A stretch of DNA of 64,000 nucleotides. Source: an uncultured Actinomycetes bacterium (GTDB lineage Bacteria > Actinomycetota > Actinomycetes > Streptosporangiales > Streptosporangiaceae). The stretch lies in contig CAVQNH010000007.1 in NCBI GenBank assembly GCA_963713815.1, positions 90 to 64,089 of the forward strand, read 5' to 3'. The notes beneath the pieces are model-generated. The model was not told the DNA's origin and made no database searches. It saw only the letters and a list, made by a program, of their open reading frames with translations. Position 1 is the stretch's first letter; every line of letters begins with the position of its first letter. Both the position numbers and the translations under genes were made by a program. Below are positions 9,627 to 18,453 of this stretch, piece after piece.

Positions 9627-9901
9627 CCGTGAACCATGATGTGCGGATCATGGGTTCGCTTATCAAACTGCCTGCAGGTCGGATACCAGGCAGCGAGCAC
9701 GGAGGATAGGTGAGAATGCTGGCACCGTCCCGCCAGCAAGTCATAACCACACACGATGCAGCCGCCAGATGGACCACATCAGGGCGTCGCCGGGGTCGTC
9801 CTCGACCACCTGCACGCCGGCCGGGCGTGCCGCACATGTGACCTCCTCGCCTCTGGAAGATCAGCCGGTGGTTTACGGCCTCGGGTGGCTACAGTTCGTT
9901 C

Positions 9902-10453
9902 GTGGTCAACGTCGAGCTGGTCCGCGCCGGCGAACACCTTGTCGGAACGGTTGGCGAGCAGCGGGTCGAGCTCGTGCTCGATATCCCGAACAGTCGTGCT
10001 GGCATCCGCGGCGAGAGCCTCGGCGCGCCGGTCGGGGGCTACTGGCGGATCGAATCCAACTTCAACACTCTTGACTCGGTCGGGCTGTTCCTCGGAGAGT
10101 ACGATGGCAGACCGGTCCATCTGCGAAGCGACGTCCATCTGACGCCTCATTACGCTGTGCGCCACGCCGACGTTTCTGGCGCTGTCGGCGAGCAAGAACT
10201 TCGAGCGCATGTCGCGCCGGTCGAAGCGCCCGCCTACGGGCCGACAGTCATGAGCATCGACGGAGACTTCGACGGGGCCGTAATTACCTTGTTCGTCACC
10301 GTCGCGACCGATCTGAGCGAGGCTCACATCAACGGGGTCATCGGCGGACACACGATCTGCATCGACGCAGCACTTTCATCGGTCAGCGGACAATATGACG
10401 GGCCGGCAGCACTGTTCCCACTGCTCGTGAGCTGCCTGCTGTACTTCATCTGA
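9902..10453 (+). CDS. Hypothetical protein (beta-rich, hydrophobic C-terminal tail)
   Basis: I preferred the plus frame over the overlapping minus ORF 9779..10351 because third-codon positions are strongly G/C-biased in the plus frame (gtc aac gtc gag ctg gtc cgc gcc ggc ...). GTG start. The C-terminus reads ALFPLLVSCLLYFI. Confidence 0.5.
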   Translation: MVNVELVRAGEHLVGTVGEQRVELVLDIPNSRAGIRGESLGAPVGGYWRIESNFNTLDSVGLFLGEYDGRPVHLRSDVHLTPHYAVRHADVSGAVGEQELRAHVAPVEAPAYGPTVMSIDGDFDGAVITLFVTVATDLSEAHINGVIGGHTICIDAALSSVSGQYDGPAALFPLLVSCLLYFI

Positions 10454-10783
10454 CGTCAAGGGCACGGATCACGATGGCGACGGCTGGCCCCCCGGAACCT
10501 CGAGCGGGCTTCGCACATCTAGTCCCAGCGGTGCGCGCTGTCAGATAGCGGAACCTCATACGGGAACACCTCAGGTCGGAGGGGACGCCTGCGAGAGGCC
10601 GTCCCGTAAGACCCGCCTGGCTTGCCTGACCTCTTCTGAGGCTCCCCTCCCGGTTTTGCGGGGCTGCCGCCGCGGGGTAAGTAGTCGGAAATCCTGTGGT
10701 GTGATTCCCGCCGATGGTCGCCACCTCGCTGTGCCATGTCCTGGGCATCTGTGGAGGATTCCCGGCGGGGTTGTCACCAGTGG

Positions 10784-11800
10784 TTAGCCGGGACAGCGGT
10801 GCCTGAAGGCCCTGATCTGCAGGTTGACTGTCACTGTGACCGGGCTGGGCATAGCTCGGATGCGGGCAGTCAGCTCCTGCGGCGTGATGTGGCGGGCGCT
10901 GGGGCCCATGGTCACAAGCGCGGTGAGTTCGGCGTGGTCCAGGTTCAGGTGATAGTTCACGGCGATGACGCCGGGTTGGGCATAGTCGCGGTAGGCCTCG
11001 GCGAGCCGCCGGGACTTGCGCTGGTCGATGCCGATCATGCCGAGTGGCCTGATGAGTTCCCGCAAGTGGGCGGCACCAGGCTGGGCGATGATCAGTGTGC
11101 CGTCAGGTGCCAGGATGCGGCCGGTCTCGGCGGCGTTGCGTGGCCCGAAGATGCTCAGCACCACGGCCGCCGAGCGGGCCGCGAGCGGAAGAGGCTGCCA
11201 TACGTCCGCGCCGAGGGCCGCTGCCCGCCGGTGCGCCCGGGCGGCACGCCGCAGGGCGGGGACCGACAGGTCGATGCACACGCCGTGCCGGTTCGGCAGG
11301 GCGTCCAAGGTATGGGCGAGGTAGTAGCCAGTGCCCCCGGCCAGGTCGATCGCCAGGCCCGGCCTGCGGCGGTCATAGTGTGCGGCCAGTGACCGTATTG
11401 CCGCGGCGAGCGGCTGGTAGTGTCCGCCGCTGAGGAACCGGTCGCGGGCTGCGACCATGACGGTGGTGTCGGCGGTGCCCGGCCCGGTCCGGCCACCGGT
11501 GAGGTTGGCGTAGCCGTGGCGGGCGATGTCGAAGCTATGCTTGCGGCCGCACGCCAGGCGGCTGCCGCCCAGGTAGACCGGGCCGGCGCAGACAGGGCAC
11601 CGCAGATACGTGACGGCCGCGGCGAGCGCCCGGCGGCGCTCCGCAGGTGAGGGGAAGCTGCCAGGTCGCCGGAAGGCAGGATTGCGTGGGTCCACGGAAC
11701 GTCCCGTCGGGTCGGAAGGATGACCAGCCGACGGCGGCACGCATGGGACGACGGAGCCACGTGAGGGCTCAAGCCGGAGGGCCGGACGGCCCGTGGCCAT
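10784..11800 (-). CDS. rlmA: 23S rRNA (guanine-N1)-methyltransferase, RlmA/TlrB family
   Basis: Zn-finger plus family motif: LRCPVCAGPVYLGGSRLACGRKHSFDIARHGYANL. SAM motif: AIDLAGGTGYY. The start is uncertain; the N-terminal 35-60 codons may be untranslated. Confidence 0.8.
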   Translation of the reverse strand: MATGRPALRLEPSRGSVVPCVPPSAGHPSDPTGRSVDPRNPAFRRPGSFPSPAERRRALAAAVTYLRCPVCAGPVYLGGSRLACGRKHSFDIARHGYANLTGGRTGPGTADTTVMVAARDRFLSGGHYQPLAAAIRSLAAHYDRRRPGLAIDLAGGTGYYLAHTLDALPNRHGVCIDLSVPALRRAARAHRRAAALGADVWQPLPLAARSAAVVLSIFGPRNAAETGRILAPDGTLIIAQPGAAHLRELIRPLGMIGIDQRKSRRLAEAYRDYAQPGVIAVNYHLNLDHAELTALVTMGPSARHITPQELTARIRAMPSPVTVTVNLQIRAFRHRCPG

Positions 11801-12235
11801 CCGGAACAGCGCACCGCCTCAGGCGGTGCGCGGACGCTTGACGTAGCGGTAACCCACGACCGGGAGCATACCCGGCTAGCGGACCGCCGATCCGGACCAG
11901 ACGATCTTGGGTGACAGATACCGCCGGGATAATGACTGGCGCCGTCACCGCGTGCCGCCTTCCGCGCTCCACGACTCCGCCAGGCTGAGCCCGCTGCGCG
12001 CCACCGATGCCGCGCAGGACGCGATCACGCACGCCACAGCAGCGCTCCGCGCTGCCCTGCCACGGACACCGTCCACCGTTGCCATCGATGCCGGCCGGGC
12101 CGCGGCTCCGTAGGACGACGGGGATGGCTTCCCCGGCGGGCTGGCCCGGAGGCTCCACCGCAGTGGCGGCAAGCCTGGGCTGATTGTGTGGCCGTGTCAG
12201 CTGGTCCTGGCATTGCGGGAGTCTGCTCGGATCGG

Positions 12236-13441
12236 TCACGGATAAGGCAGGACGGTCGCAGAAAAGTTGATGTCGCCGCTGTTCTCGATGTCCCGGCCAG
12301 GGGAGCCGGAGAAGGAGAATGGCCGGGCGGCAAGCGTCACCGCATTCACTGCGTAGCTGCCTGCTTCGGCCCCGGCGATGAGCCGGTTACCGGCGGGCAG
12401 CCACCGGGCCCAGCCCACGTCCTCGGTCGTCACCAGGCGGGCCGCGCCGACCAGCCGGAGTGCCCCGGTCCTGGTGTTGACGATGCTCAGCATGGAGTGC
12501 GGCGTGATGGAGGGGTCTTGCGGGTTGGTCGTGTTCACGAACACCGCCAGGCGCCTCCCGTCGGGGGAGAACGCGCCGCTGGAGAACAGGCCGCCGTAGG
12601 TGAAGCCATAGCGGCCAGGGCTGCGCACAGTCAGGCTGGCCAGGGTAGAGGTGTTGGTGATCCCGAGCACGCCATGGGAGGTCCAGGCGAGCAGGCTGTA
12701 GCTGGCACCGCGCGGGGTGTAGGTGTCTGTGATGTCGAGGTCCCGGCCGATGACCTTCACGCGCCCCGTCCCAGGGGTCCAGACGGCGACAGTAGCAGGG
12801 CGGCGCCTCTGGCCGGGGGGGCCGGAGTAGACGACGATGCCGCCCGCCACCGGCCAGTTGCCAAGGCCGCCGGACATATGCCAGCCAGCGGGGAGAGTCA
12901 GCCGGCGAGGCCGGCCGATGCCGGCGGCGGGCAACTCGATCAGCCTCGCGGCGGTCTGCACGATGTAGATATGGCGGCCGTCGGCGGATGCGAACACCGA
13001 ATCTCCGCGGGCCAGGTACCCGATCCTGCCCGTCGCGATGTCATAGTCTCGGATCGATGCGAGATTCTTGCTGGCGCTGGCCCAGTACAGGTGCCCACCG
13101 GCCAGGATTATGGGATCGGCTGGCGAGGCATCAACAGTTGCCACGACATGCTGGGCCCGCGTCGCAAGGTTGCCCAGGTGCAGCTGACCGCCATAGTCGA
13201 CCCAGGCCACCCGGGCCGGCGGCAGCGTGACACCCGGCGCGCGCGACGCGACCGGCACGCCAGGTATCACGGCACCGTGCCGCGGCCACGCGGTAACAAC
13301 CCCGGCAGCGACCAATCCGGCCAGCAGCAGGCACGCGGTCCCGCCGGCCAGGCGCCGTCGGCGGCGCCGTCGGCGTGCCTCCGCGAAGAGCACCTCGGCC
13401 TCGGCGGTGCCGCGGGGTCGCCGGCCGGGTGGAGCGATCAC
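12236..13441 (-). CDS. Membrane-anchored extracytoplasmic protein, possible beta-propeller. Function unknown.
   Basis: The N-terminus has an Arg-rich segment plus TM helix (RRRRRRRLAGGTACLLLAGLVAAGVVTAW). The C-domain is rich in short beta-like segments (HLYWAS, HIYIVQ, GIVVYSG, LLAWTSHG, LAVFVNT). It is divergent from the GntR gene. Confidence 0.55.
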   Translation of the reverse strand: MIAPPGRRPRGTAEAEVLFAEARRRRRRRRLAGGTACLLLAGLVAAGVVTAWPRHGAVIPGVPVASRAPGVTLPPARVAWVDYGGQLHLGNLATRAQHVVATVDASPADPIILAGGHLYWASASKNLASIRDYDIATGRIGYLARGDSVFASADGRHIYIVQTAARLIELPAAGIGRPRRLTLPAGWHMSGGLGNWPVAGGIVVYSGPPGQRRRPATVAVWTPGTGRVKVIGRDLDITDTYTPRGASYSLLAWTSHGVLGITNTSTLASLTVRSPGRYGFTYGGLFSSGAFSPDGRRLAVFVNTTNPQDPSITPHSMLSIVNTRTGALRLVGAARLVTTEDVGWARWLPAGNRLIAGAEAGSYAVNAVTLAARPFSFSGSPGRDIENSGDINFSATVLPYP

Positions 13442-13497
13442 CAGGCCTCCTCGGGCGCTTGCCCTGCACTCATCATGGAACTACTTTGGCTAGCACT

Positions 13498-13854
13498 ATG
13501 TTGAATGTCAATATCGACAGGTCAGAGCCGCTCCCGCTACACGATCAGGTCGCGGCGCAGATCCGCCGGGCGATCTCCGACGGCGAGGCCGCCCCGGGCG
13601 AGCGCCTGCCGCTAGCTAAGGACCTGGCGGCGGTGCTGGGGGTGAACAAGAACACCGTCCTTCGCGCCCTGCGCATCCTGCGCGAGGAAGGGCTCCTGGA
13701 ATTCCGCCGCGGACGTGGCATCACCGTCGCGGGCACACCCGAACGCGGCGCGGTCCTCGCCCAGGTCAGGAACCTGCTGGAGTTCGCCCAGCAGCAGGGC
13801 TACGGCCGCAGCGAGATCATCCGGATGATTTCCGAGCTGCCACAGGACGCGTAA
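13498..13854 (+). CDS. GntR-family transcriptional regulator (short, YhcF-like)
   Basis: PLHDQVAAQIRRAISDGEAAPGERLPLAKDLAAVLGVNKNTVLRALRILREEGLLEFRRGRGITV. Start at ATG 13498. Confidence 0.85.
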   Translation: MLNVNIDRSEPLPLHDQVAAQIRRAISDGEAAPGERLPLAKDLAAVLGVNKNTVLRALRILREEGLLEFRRGRGITVAGTPERGAVLAQVRNLLEFAQQQGYGRSEIIRMISELPQDA

Positions 13855-14072
13855 GAAGGCCACAATCCCTTCACGGTGGGCTGCCAGGTGAGGTCGAGAA
13901 ACGTCCGCACATCGGCGTCAGTCTTCTGTGTGTCAAGCTTCCGGCGGGTGCCCGGTCCGTCGTCTCTCCCAAGCCCGGAGGCCATGGATTCTGCATCTCT
14001 TCACGGTGAAGACGCCTCCGCCGCTGCTGCGCGACGCCGGTCACCCGGATGGCCGCCGGTAGCAACGGGCCG

Positions 14073-15725
14073 CTAGGGGCGCGCACCTACCTGCACATGC
14101 ACCCACATTCCTGCGTGCAGGCACGACCACCGCACCAAGCAAGTCCCCGGCTGGACCCTCACATGTGACGATGGCTGTCCTCTACCGAGTGGCACCCCGC
14201 GCGTGGCCGGCCGTTCCAGCCGCATCGCCGGGGGCCGGTCGCCGGGTGCCAGGTCGCCGGGCACCGCCGCCGCGCGGACCGGCCTGCCGTGCTCCGGTGC
14301 AGCGGCCACGACCGGAGCCGGGCGATTCCCGCGCCGGGGCAGGATCATGCCGAGCGCCGCGCCCACGAGGGCTATCCCCGCTCCGACAGCGGACGCGGTC
14401 ACGAAGCCCGAGTTGAACGTGCTCGGGGAGGCGTAGCTTCCGGTGGCGGCGAACGCGGCGCCGAGGATGGCCACGCCGAACGCGCCGCCCAGCTGCCGCA
14501 TGGTGGTGAACGCCCCCGACGCCGTGCCGATGTCGGCGGCGGCCACCGTGCTGGTGGCGGATCTGGTCAGGGCGGGGATGGCCAGCCCGAGTCCTGCACC
14601 GGACAAGCACATCGGGGCGACCAGCATCCAGTAGCTGACGCCGGGCGCGGCGATCGCCGCGATCCAGGCCATCCCGGCGGTCTGGGCCAGCAGTCCGGTG
14701 ACCACCAGCGATCGTGCACCGATCCGGTCCGCGAGAGCACCGGCCCGCGGCGCGATCAGGAACGGGACGATGCCCCACGGGAGCAGGCGGAGCCCGGCAT
14801 GGAACGGGTCCTGGCCTAGCACCACCTGCTGGAACTGGGGCATGAGGAAGATCGCACCGGTCAGCGATGCATTGAGCAAGAAGACCACGGCGTTACCGGC
14901 CGAGAAAGCGCGGGCCCGGAACAGGCGCGGCGGCAGCATGGGACGGGCCGCCCGGCGCTCCCAGGCCACGAAGGCCAGCGCGGCCAGCGTTCCGGCGGCC
15001 AGCGAGCCTGCGGTCTCCGCGCTCCCCCAGCCAGCCGAGTTGCCGCGCACCAGCCCCCACACGAGCCCCAGGGCCGCCGCGGTGACCAGCAGCAGGCCGG
15101 GCACATCCACCGTCCCGCCCGACCGGGCGGTCTCCCTCAGCCGGCCCAGGACCAGCGGGATGGCGGCCAGCGCCACCGGCACGTTGAGCCAGAAGATCCA
15201 CGGCCAGCCCAGGCCCTGGGTGACCGCCCCGCCGAAAACGGGCCCGAGCACCGCGGCGAGCGCCGTCACGCTGCCGTAGATCCCGATCGCCCAGCCGCGC
15301 CGCGCGGGCGGGAACGCGCCGTTCAGCAGGGCCAGGGCCATCGGCATGATCATCGCCGCGCCTGCGCCCTGCACGGCGCGGGCCGCGATCAGGACGCCGG
15401 CATCGGGGGCCAGCGCGCACGCCGCGGACGACACCGCGAACAGGGCCAGCCCGGCCGCGAAGATCCGGCGGCGGCCCAGGCGGTCACCGGCCGCTGCCGC
15501 GGTCATGAGCAGCACCGCGAAGCTCAGCGTGTACGCGTTGACCGTCCATTCCAGGTCGCCCAGGGAAGCGCCCAGGTGGTGGCGGATCGCCGTGAGGGCG
15601 GTCGCGACCACCAGGGCGTCGAGAATCACCATGAACGACGCCAGCGAGGCCAGCCCGAGCACCCACCGCTGTTCCGGTGTGGTTCTGGCGGGCCGCCCGC
15701 TGATCTCGCTCTTCGTCCGCAGCAC
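14073..15725 (-). CDS. MFS transporter, DHA2 (EmrB/QacA-like, 14-TMS) family
   Basis: RWVLGLASLASFMVILDALVVATALTAIRHHLGASLGDLEWTVNAYTLSFAVLLMTAAAAGDRLGRRRIF. Many TM segments follow. An 80-aa C-tail contains a small 3-unit array at 14226-14269. Confidence 0.9.
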   Translation of the reverse strand: MLRTKSEISGRPARTTPEQRWVLGLASLASFMVILDALVVATALTAIRHHLGASLGDLEWTVNAYTLSFAVLLMTAAAAGDRLGRRRIFAAGLALFAVSSAACALAPDAGVLIAARAVQGAGAAMIMPMALALLNGAFPPARRGWAIGIYGSVTALAAVLGPVFGGAVTQGLGWPWIFWLNVPVALAAIPLVLGRLRETARSGGTVDVPGLLLVTAAALGLVWGLVRGNSAGWGSAETAGSLAAGTLAALAFVAWERRAARPMLPPRLFRARAFSAGNAVVFLLNASLTGAIFLMPQFQQVVLGQDPFHAGLRLLPWGIVPFLIAPRAGALADRIGARSLVVTGLLAQTAGMAWIAAIAAPGVSYWMLVAPMCLSGAGLGLAIPALTRSATSTVAAADIGTASGAFTTMRQLGGAFGVAILGAAFAATGSYASPSTFNSGFVTASAVGAGIALVGAALGMILPRRGNRPAPVVAAAPEHGRPVRAAAVPGDLAPGDRPPAMRLERPATRGVPLGRGQPSSHVRVQPGTCLVRWSCLHAGMWVHVQVGARP

Positions 15726-15889
15726 GGGTATCTCCTTTTGAGCTGTTCGTCATCGGTGGTTGAGGCACCGCTGGAAGGCACCACTGGTTGAGGCACCACT
15801 GATTGAGACACCGGAGGACGCGGATTCTTGGCGATGACTTCGGGCCGCCTCCGGTGTCCTTACCTATGCGGCCGATGCTGGGAGGACCC

Positions 15890-15991
15890 GTGCAGACTGA
15901 CCCCGTGCAGACTGACCCCGTGCGATCGACCCGTGCAGATCGACCCGTGCAGATCGACTCTGTGCAGATCGACTCTGTGCAGATCGGCTCT
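15890..15991. repeat. Tandem array of 7 units (15,15,13,14,15,15,15 bp), each beginning GTG, immediately 5' of the sigma-factor core
   Basis: Units: gtgcagactgacccc x2, gtgcgatcgaccc, gtgcagatcgaccc, gtgcagatcgactct x2, gtgcagatcggctct. Total 102 bp. Confidence 0.9.
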
Positions 15992-17017
15992 GTGCCCGCC
16001 GACGCCCTGGCCCGCGCCCAGGCCGGGGATGGTCAGGCGTTCCAGGAGCTCACCGACCCTTATCGAGGCGAGCTTCAGCTGCACTGCTACCGGATCCTGG
16101 GCTCGCTGGCCGATGCCGAGGACGTGATGCAGGAGACGCTGCTGGCCGCCTGGCGGGGGCTGCCGCAGTACCAGGGGCGGGCCTCCCTGCGCGCCTGGCT
16201 GTACCGCATCGCCACCAACCGGTGCCTGAACGCGTTGCGGGCCAGTGGCCGCCGCCCACGCCCGCAGCCCGGCCCGCCGCCGTTCACGCCGCCCGAGCCG
16301 ACCCGCCGGGGAGAACCAGTGTGGCTAGAGCCTTACCCGGATGCCCTGCTCGACGAGCTGCCGGATGCCGCGCCGGGCCCGGATGCGCGCTACGAGGCCG
16401 AGGAGACCATCACCCTGGCCTTCGTGGCCGCCGTGCAGCACCTGCCGCCGCGGCAGCGGGCGGTGCTGCTGCTGCGTGACGCGCTCGGCTTCCGGTCCGC
16501 TGAGGTGGCCAGCATGCTGGACACCAGCGAGGTCTCGGTGAATAGCGCCCTGCAGCGGGCCCGGCGCACGATGGCGGCCCAGCTCCCCGGCCCGGACCGG
16601 GAGCAGGCGCCGCTGCCCCACTCGGCCCGCGAACGCAACCTGGCCGCGCGCTTCGCGGCCGCGTTCACCCGCGGTGACATCGACGGCGTGGTGGCGCTGC
16701 TGACCGAGGACGCCTGGTACACGATGCCGCCCGTCACGCTGGAATACCAGGGCCGGACGGCCATCGCGGAGTTCCTGCGCGAGAGCCGTCGCTGGCGCGG
16801 CCGTAACGGTTACCGGCTGATCCCGACCCGGGCCAACGGCCAGCCCGCCTACGGGTGCTACGTCCAGGACGCGCACGCGGCGATCTGCCACGCGCACGGC
16901 CTGATCGTGCTGACCCTCGAAGGCGACCAGATCTCGGCCATCACCCGCTTCGTGGACCACAGCGTCCTGGCCCGTTTCGGGCTGCCCCGCACGCTCCCGA
17001 CAGCACCCAGGTCGTAG
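15992..17017 (+). CDS. ECF-type sigma-70 family factor with a C-terminal SnoaL/NTF2-like extension (TIGR02960-like)
   Basis: VPADALARAQAGDGQAFQELTDPYRGELQLHCYRILGSLADAEDVMQETLLAAWRGL...RAWLYRIATNRCLNALR. Region 4 reads LPPRQRAVLLLRDALGFRSAEVASMLDTSEVSVNSALQRARR. The C-terminus reads FTRGDIDGVVALLTEDAWYTMPP. The start could lie anywhere from 15803 to 15992, because all units of the upstream array are in frame. Confidence 0.8.
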   Translation: MPADALARAQAGDGQAFQELTDPYRGELQLHCYRILGSLADAEDVMQETLLAAWRGLPQYQGRASLRAWLYRIATNRCLNALRASGRRPRPQPGPPPFTPPEPTRRGEPVWLEPYPDALLDELPDAAPGPDARYEAEETITLAFVAAVQHLPPRQRAVLLLRDALGFRSAEVASMLDTSEVSVNSALQRARRTMAAQLPGPDREQAPLPHSARERNLAARFAAAFTRGDIDGVVALLTEDAWYTMPPVTLEYQGRTAIAEFLRESRRWRGRNGYRLIPTRANGQPAYGCYVQDAHAAICHAHGLIVLTLEGDQISAITRFVDHSVLARFGLPRTLPTAPRS

Positions 17018-17025
17018 GGTTCCGG

Positions 17026-18157
17026 CTACGCCGCGCTTCCGGTCAGCGCGCTGGTCGGGCTGACGGTCGGCGGCACCTCCGCCGATGGTGCCAGGATCAG
17101 CTCTTCGAGCTGCCGGACGATGGTCGCTGGCGGGATCGGCAGTGGCTGGGCGAACACTTTCAGCAGCGTGTCCACGGACTGCCCGACGGTGAACCTCATC
17201 CCGGCGCCCTGCCTGGTGGTCATGGACAGCGGCCCGCTGTCCGCGGCCTCACGAATACCCCAGGCGAGCGCTTCGGCGTTGTCCGGCCTGATCGAGCACC
17301 ACCCCGCCGCAGTCGGTCTCGGGCAGCCCGCCGTCGTCGGAGGCGATGACCCGGCAACCCGCGTGCTGGGCCTCGATCGAGACGATGCCGAAGGTCTCGT
17401 GCCAGTACTGGCTGTTGGAGGGCATCACCACGATGTCGTGGCCGGCCATCAGCGCCGCCATCCTGGCCGGCGTCTTGCAGGTGGCTACCACGGAGATCCC
17501 CGGGTGCTCGCCGAGCAGCCGCTCGATGATCTTCCCCTGCGGCTTGTCCGCGCCCGCTGTCGTCGCGGTGAATGTGAGCGCCGGGTCCTGCGCGATGATG
17601 TCGATGTGCAGTGTCTCCAGCAGGGTGTAGATGCCTTTTTCCGGGCTCAGCCTGCCGGCGAACAGGACGCGGGTCTTTCCGGCCTCGCGGCCCGGCCGCG
17701 ACTGCGCAGCGAAGCACGGTTCGGCGAACGGGTACACGACGCTGATAGTGGCCACGTCTACGTCCAGATAGGCCGACCACAGCGCGGCGGCGTACCGGCT
17801 GGTCGCGATCAGGGTGCGATCCCTGGTTCCCTCGACGGCGAACGCCTTCTCCCGCTCCCGGATCGGCGGCGGGTTGTGCAGGATCAGGAACGCCGGATGC
17901 CTGGTTGGCACGGTGTGCGGTTCGTTGACGAAAACGACGGTGCCGTCGAGCTCACCGACCTCGGCCAACGTCGGCAGGGACAGGAACGGGATGCCGGTGA
18001 AGTCCTGCCGGCCGTCGCCGGCGCCCAGGCCGACCGTGACCACCTGCGCTGGTATGCCGCGCCGGGTCAGCTCCCGGACCTGGCCGATGGTGTAGTTCTC
18101 CGAGCCGCCGGTGCCAGCGGGAAGGGGATTTCCCGGGGACCAAATGAACGATATCAA
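17026..18157 (-). pseudogene. GT4-family (GT-B) glycosyltransferase, frame-disrupted (+1) near 17283-17293
   Basis: Track ORF 17249..18157 carries RVLFAGRLSPEKGI ... MPSNSQYWHETFGIVSIEAQHAGCRVIASDDGGLPE (the E-x7-E region). The natural C-terminus continues in another frame: PDNAEALAWGIREAADSGPLSMTTRQGAGMRFTVGQSVDTLLKVF, ending at 17026. Length mod 3 = 1. Confidence 0.75.
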
Positions 18158-18453
18158 ATTCTGCTGCCTACGTTTCTCTGGCCGGAGTGCCGGGATGAAC
18201 GCAAATGACGTTTGCGCGCGGACGGGATCTACGCGTGGCCGACCGCATATGGGCGACTGCGCTATACGGATGAAAGGGAAAGCAGTACGGACCGCTGTGA
18301 GGCCCGCGACGGGGCTACAGCCTGATCCTCAGGCGAAACGCTCGAAACCGAGACCGGCCAATCCTGCGGCATTCGTTCGGTGAGCGGTAACAATCCTTAC
18401 GCACCATAGCATGAGCAGAACCAGCCAGCCCGAACCGGCCGCACGGTGGCGGC

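Noticed and set aside
9779-10351. Minus-strand 190-aa ORF overlapping 9902..10453.
   Set aside because: The third-codon-position G/C bias clearly favours the plus-strand frame. The minus frame looks like its shadow.
7950-10780. Mobile-element hallmarks (integrase, transposase, tRNA target, terminal inverted or direct repeats) around the low-GC island.
   Set aside because: None were found by reading both strands. The island call rests on composition and codon usage only.
11907-12113. 68-codon ORF with high GC3 (…SPLRATDAAQDAITHATAALRAAL…) in the spacer between the rlmA-like gene and 12236..13441.
   Set aside because: It could be a real small protein. However, it has no recognisable motif, its start and RBS are unclear, and it is short. 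The evidence is insufficient.
18158-18453. 296-bp lower-GC spacer upstream of the glycosyltransferase gene, considered as a riboswitch. A ctgaggatcaggctgtagcc segment vaguely recalls the TPP element.
   Set aside because: The spacing and flanking helices of the TPP consensus are absent. I could not fit any riboswitch family by eye. It is left uncalled.
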